Shown piece by piece: positions 14,131-25,060 of a stretch of 64,000 nt of DNA. Under the pieces are notes generated by a model. It was not told where the DNA came from. It was given only the letters and a program-made list of their open reading frames with translations, and did not search any database. The stretch is taken from positions 60,018,001-60,082,000 of the forward strand of contig CM052817.1 of the NCBI GenBank assembly GCA_028534125.1, written 5' to 3'. The position numbers were made by a program, and so were the translations under genes. This stretch comes from Lama glama (Eukaryota). Positions within the stretch are counted from its first letter, which is position 1, and each line of letters starts with the position of its first letter.

Positions 14131-14454
14131 CACTTAATTTAATGACATGGCTAGGGTTACTGCTTATTATTTACTGCACTACATCTTTTCAAGTAGCTAT
14201 AAAAAACATATTCATTCTAAAACAGACATTAGTATGTATTAACATTTATTGAATGCAATGCTTTCTTGTAAATAAATGGAGAAAAAATGGATTATTCAAA
14301 AATGCTGAGAATAACTAGTTAGTTTTTTGGTATAATTTAAATTATATTTTAACCTCACACACACCAAAATTAATTCATATATGAATTAAAATATTTAATT
14401 ACTAATGTGCAAAAGAAAATAGTAAATACTGTTAATTTATAAGTCTTAAAATTT

Positions 14455-14715
14455 GTTTCTCCAGCTCAGTGCTCCTTACTGAGCTTCATGCCCAGAAACC
14501 CACCTCTGTTGGACATGCCCATTTCATTCTCACACTCATAGCAAACTCGCCAGACCAGAACTGAGTTCATTAGCGTACTTCTTATTCTCCTACTCCTCCT
14601 GGAGTTCCATGCTGAGAAATCTAAGCATCATATACCTACGTATGCTAGCCAGAATCCTGTGACTCATCTTTGACTCTCTGTGTATCCCCTAAATCATATT
14701 AGTCATCAAGCCAGA
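14455..14715 (+). mobile_element. L2 fragment
   Basis: CTTACTGAGCTTCA...GGACATGCCCA...AGAACTGAGTTCATT...AGCCAGAATCCTGTGACTCATCTTTGACTC. Confidence 0.55.
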
Positions 14716-14984
14716 GCAGGCAGTTGACCAAAATTCCATTTTAGAAATATTACCCTTACAATAAGTAAAAGAAGGAATGAATTAATTTTCTTAAACTTCT
14801 TATTAAGAATTCAGCACCATTTATAACTGAGTTTCAAGCACAGTAACCTATTTGGTCCTTTAATATGTATTTGTTAGCACCTACTATAAGAAAAGTTAGA
14901 ATTAAATTTTCTGTAATATAATGTACATGTGGTACCTGACATAAAAAAGGTGCAAACCTGAGTGCTGTAGTATTTCAGATACAT

Positions 14985-15190
14985 GGCTTTGGTGGATAAA
15001 AGATGAACTTGATTTTGAACAGATTGGAGTCTGAATGCTAACTTTGATTCCAGTTATATACTCCTAGACAGGTTCCTTTTGTTCAGAAAATGAGAATAAT
15101 GATGTGATGAAGATTGAATAGAATTATATCATATAGTTCATGTGATACAATTTCTGGCACACAGTTGCATTCAATAAATATGCTGCTTCT
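14985..15190 (+). mobile_element. MIR SINE
   Basis: ACAGATTGGAGTCTGAATGC...AAAATGAGAATAAT...CTGGCACACAGTTGCATTCAATAAATAT. Confidence 0.6.
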
Positions 15191-16994
15191 CCCCTTTTTT
15201 TCTCTCTTCCCCAGAAAAGTTAAGATAATTTCTGGCTAAAGAATCAAAGAATGTTTCATAGTAAACAAAGTGCTTAATTTGTCCTTTAGATATAGATAGT
15301 ATTAGAATAGGAGGAGACAAGGGTGAGACTGTTTTTGCAGGTACAGAAAACGGTTTAAAGATGTATAAGTGGGAAAAGACAGTGTCTCTTTAGGAATTTG
15401 TTAAATATAGTTTAATTGGAACATGGGATACATTTATCCCAATAAAGCATATAATCCATACAAGAAGGAATCCTGTCTGTTTTTATTTTTAATTATATAC
15501 AAAACACCTAACAATGCCTGGGACATAGTAACTACTTGACAAAATATTTATTGAATGAAATAACAAATAAAGATTGTAGGGAGAATGGAAATTATCCTGG
15601 AAAAAAATCTTAGCTCATTGAATCACTTAAAATGAAGGAAATTGGACCAATAACTCTTCTTTGTTTAGATTCTGGGCTGCTATGGTGATTACAGAATAGG
15701 TAGGAAATTGGGAAAGAAGCTGGTGAATAAAGGATCTCATTCAATGATGAAAAACATATTTAAAACTCAATTAAAAAAGGGTCAGATATTAGCAATATCA
15801 GTGGCCCATCTGTATAATCAACTCACATATTTTTTTCCCAATATCCTAGGCAAATTAGATACTCTGTCCTTTTGTCCTCTTGTTTGAGGTATGATCTGTC
15901 TTCAATTTAACATTACCAGAAATAGTAAATTAGTTTCATGTTTAAGGGTGTTCCATAGTATTTTTTGGTAACTATTTAATTGTCTGGGAGTATTTTAGTA
16001 AGATGGAATGAAAGCTGCTTTTCCTACTGTATCTGTTCAGGGAAGCAGTATGATTTTATAGAATTATAAAGTAAAATTTTCAATTCAGTGATTTTTTTTC
16101 TTTTCTTTATACATGAAAATAGCTGCTTTCTTTATTGGCACAAAAGAAATGAAAAATTTCTTTGTTTTAAACTTTTTTATTATTTATAATCTTTTTACAA
16201 TGTTGTGTCAAATTCCAGTGTAAAGCACAATTTTTCAGTTATACATAAACATACATATATATTCATTGTCACATTTTTTTCTCTGTGAGCTACCATAAGA
16301 TCTTGTGTATATTTCCTTGTGCTATACAGTATAATCTTGTTTATCTGTTCTACAACTTTGAAATCCCATCTATCCCTTCCCACCCTCTGCCACCTTGGCT
16401 TGGCAACCACAAGTTTGTATTCTATGTCTATGAGTCTGTTTCTGTTTTGTATTTACACTTTGTTTGTTTGTTCGTTTTTTAGATTCCACATATGAGCGAT
16501 CTCATATGGTATTTTTCTATCTCTTTCTGGCTTACTTCACCTAGAATTACATTCTCCAGGAGCATCCATGTTGCTTCAAATGGCATTTTGTTGTCGGTTT
16601 TTATGACTGGGTAGTATTCCATTGTATAAATATACCACATCTTCTTTATCCAGTCATCTGTTGATGGACATTTAAGCTGTTTCCATGTCTTGGCTGTTGT
16701 AAGTAGTGCTGCTATGAACATCGGGGTGAAGGTGTCATCCTGCAGTAGGGTTCCTTCTGGATATATGCCCAGGAGCGGGATTCCTGGGTTATATGGTAAG
16801 TCTATTCCTAGTCTTTTGAGCAATCTCCATACTGTTTTCCACAATGGCTTTCCTTGCTTCCCTCTCCCACTCTTAATGATTTAGATGTTTTCTTTTACAA
16901 TTTTGTGTTTATTCTTTTTGTAATTCATGGCCGTTATCTCCTTTCCAGTTATGGGTTTCTCATTCATTTTTGTAGCATCCTGCTTCTTTTCTAT

Positions 16995-17088
16995 TTAGAG
17001 TAGACCTGTCAGTATTTCTTTTAGCATGGGTTTAGTGTTGTGAAACTCTTTTAGTGTTTGCTTGTCTGTGAAGTTCTTTCCCTCTCCT
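16995..17088 (-). CDS. L1 ORF1p C-terminal 30 codons (remainder hidden in the gap)
   Basis: Peptide fits the L1 ORF1p C-terminal pattern GExKxFxDKQxLxEFxxTKPxLxExLxGLL. Confidence 0.75.
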
Positions 17089-17588
17089 NNNNNNNNNNNN
17101 NNNNNNNNNNNNNNNNNNNNNNNNNNNNNNNNNNNNNNNNNNNNNNNNNNNNNNNNNNNNNNNNNNNNNNNNNNNNNNNNNNNNNNNNNNNNNNNNNNNN
17201 NNNNNNNNNNNNNNNNNNNNNNNNNNNNNNNNNNNNNNNNNNNNNNNNNNNNNNNNNNNNNNNNNNNNNNNNNNNNNNNNNNNNNNNNNNNNNNNNNNNN
17301 NNNNNNNNNNNNNNNNNNNNNNNNNNNNNNNNNNNNNNNNNNNNNNNNNNNNNNNNNNNNNNNNNNNNNNNNNNNNNNNNNNNNNNNNNNNNNNNNNNNN
17401 NNNNNNNNNNNNNNNNNNNNNNNNNNNNNNNNNNNNNNNNNNNNNNNNNNNNNNNNNNNNNNNNNNNNNNNNNNNNNNNNNNNNNNNNNNNNNNNNNNNN
17501 NNNNNNNNNNNNNNNNNNNNNNNNNNNNNNNNNNNNNNNNNNNNNNNNNNNNNNNNNNNNNNNNNNNNNNNNNNNNNNNNNNNNNNNN
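17089..17588. other. Assembly gap (exactly 500 N, placeholder size)
   Basis: N run counted from coordinates. Confidence 0.99.
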
Positions 17589-18628
17589 CTCAGGGGAGGC
17601 AGGTGGGCAGATCACGCCCCCTTCCAGCACCATGGTCAGGTGCTGCGTTCCTGCCAGGAAAGCGGGTTGCCACCTGCCCTTTCCTGGTGCCGGTTGCTCC
17701 ACTGCTCTATGCAGCTGCCCGCTCCGCCTCGGGTCAGTGCTCCAAAGGTGAGCTCGGGGATGACTGCAGAATGGCCCCACCTCTGCTCTGTGCCAAATCT
17801 CAGCTCCTTGTTTGTCATGGCAGCGCAAGTTCTCTGAGGTGCCAGGAAAGAAAGATCTTATCTGCCTCCAGGTGTAAACAAGTCTGAGTCCTGCGTAAGT
17901 TGTTGTGGAACCCCTGGGTGCAGATTCAGGTCTCGGCCCCACCGCTGTCTGCGCGCTGTGCACAGGAGAATATGGTGTCTGTAGCTGAGTCCCGCCTCTC
18001 TTGTCATGAGAAGTGCCAGTATTGGCAGCACAGGTCTGAGGAGACAAAGGCTATGGCGTCCCTCCCCCCAGGGCACACCAGCTGTGTTGCTTCACTATTT
18101 TTCACAATTTATGGGAGACTGAGGTGGGTCTGCTCTGTATCCCCTCCCAGCCATGGTGCGCAGCCGCCTGCAGTCCCCCAGGCCCGCTGCAATGCAGCAG
18201 CGCCCGTCCTCCCGGTTCGGGCCACTTGCCCCAGCCCCAGCTGTCAGCTTGCGTCTCGGGCTGGGTGTCACGGGGACCCTTTGTGCCCATTTAAGTCAGT
18301 TCTGTCGGTCAAGGGGTGCTCGGGGCAGATCTGAGCCTCAGAGGCTCCCTCTCTGTCCTGCTGGCCTCTCCATCGGAGAGAGAAGACCCAGCGAGTGAGC
18401 GCCAGTCCTCCTTTGCTGCTCCCTCCCTGCGGGATCGATCCTGCAGTGTTTTGCTTTTTTTCTTTCTTTTTTCCTTTTTTCCTACCAGATGTTTGGTGTC
18501 TTTGTTTTTCGAAGAGGGAGATGTTCTGTTGGAGTTCGGCAGGTGCTCTGGTTGGCTGAGAGGGTCTGTAGATGTTAGTTTTGGTGTATTTGTGGATGAG
18601 GGTGAGCTACAAGCGTCCTTCTACTCCA

Positions 18629-18636
18629 CCATCTTG
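18629..18636 (-). promoter_or_regulatory. YY1-type motif at the 5' end of the L1 internal promoter (copy A)
   Basis: CAAGATGG about 10 bp from the element 5' end; equivalents at 63605-63613 (CAAAATGGC, minus) and 28818-28826 (CAAGATGGC, plus). Confidence 0.65.
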
Positions 18637-19779
18637 CTTCTCTCTACATAAGTATGTATATTATGCTCTTGGTCAAGCACCTGCCTGGAAATTCTCCATT
18701 CTATGATTTATATCCTTTAGTTTAGCTATCCTTTGGAACTTTCCTTTTTAGTATTTCTGTGCTCTTGGCCAGGTTACTTGTATAAAATGTCATTTCTCCA
18801 AGCTACTCTTCAAAATAACCTAAAAGGAGTCCCTATAATCTATGACCTCAGATCCAAATCATTTATCTTGCTATTCAGGATCCTCCAGCATTTACTCTTG
18901 TATTGTTAATCTGACCAATATCTCTTGTGATTTCATTTGACTCAACACAGAATCATAACACTTTATTACTACTACATGTAGTGTATGCGACTGGACAAAA
19001 TGGATATAAAATACTCCACAAGATATTATGTCCTCAACAAACTCAGACCTTGTAAGGATACATACACACACACACACATGCACCCCAACACAACTATATT
19101 TTAAAGGTATTTATGTATGTATATATGTTGTACATGTCTCATTAGTGATAGACTAGTGATATTTGTACCAATTTGTACACACTGCTGTGTGAACATAAAT
19201 CGAAAACCAAAATGGATTCCTGCCTGATTTGGGGTAAGTGATTGATGGAGAAGAGAAAAGAAACTAGTATTTTTTATAAAAGGAACTAGTTTGTGACAGA
19301 CACAATTCTTGGATTTTTGCATTCATTCCAATACTTACTTTATAAGGCACTTTATGATTATGTGTCAGTATCCTCATTTTATAGATGAAGATATCTTGAG
19401 TCATTGATATCTGTAGAAGCAGCTCTTCGTGACTCCAACCCCCTTTTCAAAATGACATTTGTAAATTCTGGGTTTAGAGGTTAAGTTTGATTTGACAAGA
19501 GGGAAAGAACAACAGATGAGCAAAAATGCGGAAGCATGAAGCATTGATCATATTCAAGGAATTCAAGTTGCTCTGGTTTGGCTGGTGATTAAGAGACTTG
19601 GAGAGGATCGAGTGACAAGGGACTAGAAAGACAACTTTGGACAGACCACCCACAAGTCTTTAGATGTTTAAATTGAGCAAGAAATCAATTTTGCTTGTAG
19701 TGAGAGGCATTGAATGTATTTAATGGAGAGTGATGTAATTGAGCCTCTTTTAACTGTCCACTTAACTACCTAACACATT

Positions 19780-20360
19780 TCCACCTTTATCACTCTTCTA
19801 TTGATGGGTGACAAATTAGCTAAAAGAAGAACAAAAACAAAACCCCTGAAAACCCCCAAAGAACAAAAAAAACCACCCTATACCCCAAGTATTTGTTATA
19901 TTACCACTTGTTTGAGTCAGGAACTGAGAAGCAACTTAGCTGAGTGTCTCTGGCTCGGAGTCTCTCATAAAGTTGCAGTCAAGTGGTCTCATGAGAAGGC
20001 TTGACAAGATATCGGGGACTGTCGATCCATTTCAAGGCTGACTTATGTGAGTTTGACAAGTCTCCGTCCCTCACGATGTGAACCTTTTCATGTTACTACA
20101 TCAGACCTATGCATTTGACTTCCCCTGAGTGAGGAATACAAGAGAGATTGAGACCAAGTAAGAGGGCATGGCAGGAGAAAAGTTACTGTTTTTTTGTAAC
20201 CTAATTTTTGAGGTGTCATTCCAGTGTTTATGCTATATACCATTTATTAGAAGTGACTCAGTAAGTCCAGCCCACACTCAAGTAGAAGGAACTACTCAGA
20301 GATGTGAATATCAGCAGATGGGGATCTATGAGAGCCTTCTTGGAGGCTCCTTATCATATT
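19780..20360 (-). mobile_element. MaLR (MLT1-type) solo LTR
   Basis: CAACTTAGCTGAGTGTCTCTGGCTCGGAGTCTCTCATAAAGTTGCAGTCAAG and AGAAGTGACTCAGTAAGTCCAGCCCACACTCAAG. Confidence 0.75.
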
Positions 20361-21369
20361 ATCTTGTTTATATTCTTCACTTTCCAGAATATTAATTTTA
20401 TCTAGACTATTATCTTCTAGACGATTCAAGTTGAGTAAAAATATTTCAAGGACTACCTTTTTCTATGATCTGTCCTCTGTCATAGTGAAATGTGCTTTTC
20501 TAGACTTCCAGAAATTAGAAAAATATTGCTTTCACCATGCAGTTGAATACATAGCTTTTGCTTCTCTCTCTTTTTATTTTTATTTTTATTTGTTTTTTAA
20601 GCTTTTGCTTCTTTGGTAAGATCTATGCCACATACTATACCTGTATCCTTAGAACACCTAACAATGAGTATAATATATGCCCAATATAATTATATTGACG
20701 AGAGGATTTCTCTTAAAGGCATTTCTTCTTAGAGTATATTACCTTTTAAAGTTCACCCTTACTTTTACTTTTGAAACCTTGATTTTGCTTGATGTTTGAG
20801 TACTGATTAGGTGGCTTAAATAGTAATTCTCAGAGTCAGTAATACAGGATAAGAGATACATATCATTTCATTTTTGGGGGCGGGGGTGTTGTTTTGTCAT
20901 TTACTTCAGTGTTTCCTAGACCGCTTAATGTGGTAACATATATAGGATTTCAGAAGTTCAGAATTTTCAGGAATTCTATTATATTAACATTTTTCAAACT
21001 AATTTGATCACAAGATCCTTTTTGGAAAATGCTAATAGATGTTTCCATACTGCAGTAAAAAACATAAGCTGCTTTACTTGCTAATCAGTATAAGACCAAA
21101 ATGATGACTCAGCATTCATTCATTTTCAAATATGATCAGAATTTTGCATTTGCTAGACTCTGTTGAGTATTGTTAAATATAATGTTAAAACCAGAAATGA
21201 ATAAGATCTTTTATATAAAGAGGTTCAGTACCATTCGATTCCTCTGTTATTTTCAGGTTCAATGTACTAAAACCTTAAAACAACAATAATTAAACAAAAC
21301 TGTTACTCTATACAGCTTATTGTAATATTGAAGCCTGAAAATATAGTTAAGAAGTGATAGTATGTTGCA

Positions 21370-21429
21370 GTGTTTTTGGCATTAACTTACATAGGAATAT
21401 ATTTAATTTTCTACTAATCATGAATAATT
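21370..21429 (+). repeat. 60-bp dispersed duplicate, copy 1 (copy 2 at 23007-23066)
   Basis: 54/60 identical by manual alignment. Confidence 0.9.
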
Positions 21430-23006
21430 TATGCCAAATTAAGATGCGCTTAAAAGGATATTTTTAAGATCTACTAATAGTTGCTAAACTATCCTTAAGT
21501 TTAGCAAAGGTTAAAAAAAAAAGAATGAGAAGAAAAGGCTTTTGAAAGATCATCTTTGGGGGGAAAAAAAGGATGATATTATAATAAAACTTCAATTTTT
21601 ATTTCCTATTGAAGGTTTTCCTTTTTTTTTCTGCCTTTCAATTTCACCTGGGATAATATACTCAGCAACAATGTTTGCATCTTGTAATACTCCATTTTGT
21701 CTATTGATTATAAGCATAAACTACTATGTAGAAAAGGTAGGAAGCAAAATTGTCACAGCAGTTATGGTCTCAGGTATTTTTAAAGGAAGCTTAATTTTTT
21801 CTCCCCACAGGAAAAGTTATATTGACACACACCTCCTGAACAGTAATATAAAATTGCATTGATTTTTTCACCACGAGGAATGTCATTTTATTGGATTCAT
21901 CTTTAGATGACTTAGATTAAGCACACAAAAATTAATAGAATTTAATGGAGCTAAATCCACCTTCATTTTTTTTGCCATTTTCTTTATGTATGTATAATAT
22001 GTTTTTATACGTTTCTTTTATAAATCATTTGCTTTTAAACAGATTTAAAGCCAATTTTACTTAGTCCATGCTGAGTGAGTTAAGGTGTTTCTCTAGAAGA
22101 GGCACCAGGCAATTTTAGTGATTGGTGTAAAACTAGTCTAAATTAATAACATAGGGTCTTTTAAGAGAACAGAAGAAAATGTTCCTCAGTTCATTATTGT
22201 TGTTTCTATAATCTTGAGTTGCCAATAGAGATGAGATTTGGATTTGGCTGGTGCAAGTGAATAAACAATCAGTTAAATCAAAGCACAAAGATGTTATTTT
22301 GCATTTTTGCAGCAGATAGTAAATTATTCAGAACCTAGTTCATCTAGCTATCAAAAATTTTACCGAGTAAAAAGGTGGGTTTGAATACCAATATATTATA
22401 CAAAAATAGAAAGAATTATGCCATTTAAATCATTAAATAGTGAAAATTGTAGGAGATGTGGCATGCAAGTAAATAAAATACTAATTCCAACTTTAAGGAT
22501 GATAACTATGTACTAGCTTAAGTTTTTAAAAATAGGCAAAAGATTTATATGATCGGAAGAGTACAGAGATTAAGCTTTTAGATGATGTGCAATTGGATAT
22601 CCTAGCCTTGCTCTGAGGAAAGAATCCCAATAAAAGAGAAGCATCTATCGTTGTTTTGTTTACATTTACTACAACTTGCAGTGAATAGAAGCTCTTGAGT
22701 TGGACACTAAAACAATACACATAGCTTATTTTAGAGAAGAAATACTTTCATAGGTTTAAAAAAAAAGATTAGCAACTTTGGGAAGACCTGATCTCTGGCT
22801 TCATTGTAAACAATTATTCATGTTCATAATTAGCAGGAGCTTTCTGACTTCTCTGTACATTTGCAACCTAGGAAAAATCCTTAATACATTATATTCAAAT
22901 GAAGCAAAGTGTCCAATGAAAAATATGAGCAATACATTTATTTTAATGTGTATTTTCTACATGATCTATACATGAGCTCATCTTCAAATTGCATTTGCAA
23001 TTTGTT

Positions 23007-23136
23007 GTGTTTTCGGCATTAACCTAAGTAGGACTATATTTAATTTTCTACTAATCATGAGTAATTAAAGAGGGTAACTTTAGGAAAACTGATTTATTAT
23101 TGAATAATTAAAGGGGTGACTTTTGAAAACTGATTT
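23007..23136 (+). repeat. 60-bp duplicate copy 2 followed by a ~33-bp near-tandem duplication
   Basis: TAATTAAAGAGGGTAACTTTAGGAAAACTGATTT (23062-23095) vs TAATTAAAGGGGTGACTTTTGAAAACTGATTT (23105-23136). Confidence 0.85.
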
Positions 23137-23728
23137 TTCTTACACACATTTGTTCTCTTGAAAAAACATGAATAAATAGGACACTGTAGGCAAACGCTTT
23201 TGTTCCCAATGGCAGTTCTTTTCAGAGCAAGTTTTATAGGGAAATTAATAGTCATATTTCAGATTGATTATTTGGTCATCCCAATTTCATGAATTAAAAG
23301 GAATGTTTGGAAACAGAAAAGAGTAGAAGTAGAAATGCATTTTATTTATACATTTTTAAAAATAGCAGTGTTCTAGAAATTCTTATATTGTTTTGTCCCT
23401 TAAGTGGGAGAGAGAAAAATTAGTAAAAATAGCTAAAGTGAGAGAAGTTGAGAATATTTCTTTGAAAGGATCCAATGGAGTCCAGTTTACACTGAAATAC
23501 ATGGAATCAGGAACGTTTAGTGTAGTGTAGTCTGCATCCCATACTGTTCACTCTAAATTTGTAAATAATTTCAGAAACAGGAGTAAATATTGAAAATGGA
23601 GATAGATAATTTGAATATAATTTTTAGCGTTCTGTCATTTTGTGTATATTTACATATATATTTAATTTTAAATGATAATTTTTTATTTTTGTTTTCTGTG
23701 TATGTAGTTTAAGATTTTAAAAGATTTA

Positions 23729-24172
23729 TGTAGAGAAGATAAAGTACACCTCCAAGAATTGGAGGCAGGCTAATCTGAGGGAGGAAAAGTCGTATTTTTT
23801 GTCTCCCCTTTCTCTTATACCCTTGCTTAGAGGTGGTCTTTTGATTGATTGATGGCTTTTGTTCCTGGAATGCTTAGTCATGTTTGGCCCCTTTTGTGCA
23901 TGTCCTTACCCATGGTGTATGAATAAAAACCCATGAGTGGGGAGATGGAGGCTAAACTGAAATGTTAATTATAATACAATGAACATTGCTTTGTGTCTAG
24001 TTAAGTCCTTTCCGCAGTCTTGGCTGTTGGGTTTAACCGGTTTCTTGCTGGCACTAATTTAGAAGAAATAAAATCCCTTTATGCTGGAGGTGGGTACAAC
24101 CCTATCTTTCTGACCATCCTCCCTCTCCTCCATCTATCTGCCTGCTGCCCCCACTTACCTAACTACCTAACA
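23729..24172 (-). mobile_element. ERV1-class 3' LTR
   Basis: TG...CA termini (TGTAGAG...CCTAACA). On minus it is preceded by a purine tract (AGAGAGGAAA, PPT) and has a TATA-like GGGTATAAGA. Confidence 0.75.
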
Positions 24173-25060
24173 TTTCCTCTCTTTAGTCATAGGACCCCAA
24201 ATCTTTGGGACAGAGAGGGTGATGACTGCTCTAGCTACTTCCTGCTGGACTGGGGCTAAGGGGGGGCTTGTTGGGATTCCTATACTAGCTGACTATCATC
24301 AGGCAGTTGGTGAATGAAAGGTTGGTGTGTGTCGAGGGGACTCGTATAGAGGCCGTCTTGACTGGTCAGTTGCCTTGTTGCATAACCATCTGAAGTTTGA
24401 TCACCTCGGAGTGCTGCTTGAAAAGCAATCAAAGATCAATAATAGGTTTACAAAAGTATGTGGGATCCAAGATGTCTTGGGTACCAGGGTCCAGGTTTTT
24501 AATAGATTGAACTTCCAGGGCTTTACTTGGGTATGGTGTATCCAGCTGGCAGTCCCAGGAAACTTTACTGTAGTGAGGGAGGATGTATTAAAAGGGTAAG
24601 GCCCTTTTCAAAGAAGTTGAAGCTTGGAGGATGGGGAGCCATCTTTCCAGACTTTGACCAACATCTGAGTGCCAGGGAGATACAAAGGCGATTGTGTTGT
24701 CACCTGAGGTCTTGTGTTTTAGCCCAAATTGCCTCAGTGTGTTTTGGAAGAGCTTGGACATATGCCCCTAAAGAGGTGACTTTATTATCTGTTAGTGTTT
24801 TTGCCCGAATGAATGGCCTTCCATGAAGCGCTTCATTAGGACTAAAGCCCAGAGTTGCCTTTGGGGCTACCCTGGTTCATAAAAGATCTATTGGTATGGG
24901 CTCTTTCTTTAGGCAAGTTCCAAGGCTTGTGTTAAGGGCACTTATTTCAGCCAGTTGTTCTGAGATGCCGGTAGGTGATGGCTCAGCTTCTATAACCTCG
25001 TGGAGGTGCACGACCGAGTATCTGGCTCTACATCTTCCTTTCGTGACAAAGGATGATAAC
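24173..25060 (-). mobile_element. Degenerate class I ERV internal remnant: integrase C-terminus joined to env tail
   Basis: Minus-strand translations PIDLL*TRVAPKATLGFSPNEALHGRPF, *KGPYPFNTSSLTTVKFPGTASWIHHTQVKPW (GPY/F region) and EVIKLQMVMQQG (env tail-like). Confidence 0.85.

Larger units (their letters stand above)
16160..18645 (-). mobile_element. ORF2-deleted L1 (half-L1/HAL1-like), copy A
   Basis: On minus: 5' end with CAAGATGG motif, GC-rich 5' UTR (18645-17589), N gap, ORF1 C-terminus GEGKNFTDKQTLKEFHNTKPMLKEILTGLL* (stop 16995), 145-bp spacer, jump at ~16849 to ORF2 C-terminus (WKTVWR...), 3' UTR and A-rich tail. No TSD found. Confidence 0.92.

Noticed and set aside
16995..18047. 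350-aa ORFs (also 61975-63027) and the 227-259-aa plus-strand ORFs spanning the Ns
   Set aside because: Their length is an artefact of translating through a placeholder gap
17589..18450. CpG-rich segment as a host gene promoter
   Set aside because: It is the L1 5' UTR and is repeated at 62569-63430
17603..18651. Plus-strand ORFs antisense to the L1 5' UTR as ORF0-like genes (also 62583-63745)
   Set aside because: GC-rich, stop-poor sequence, mostly non-ATG starts, and mostly not preserved between the two copies outside the near-identical core
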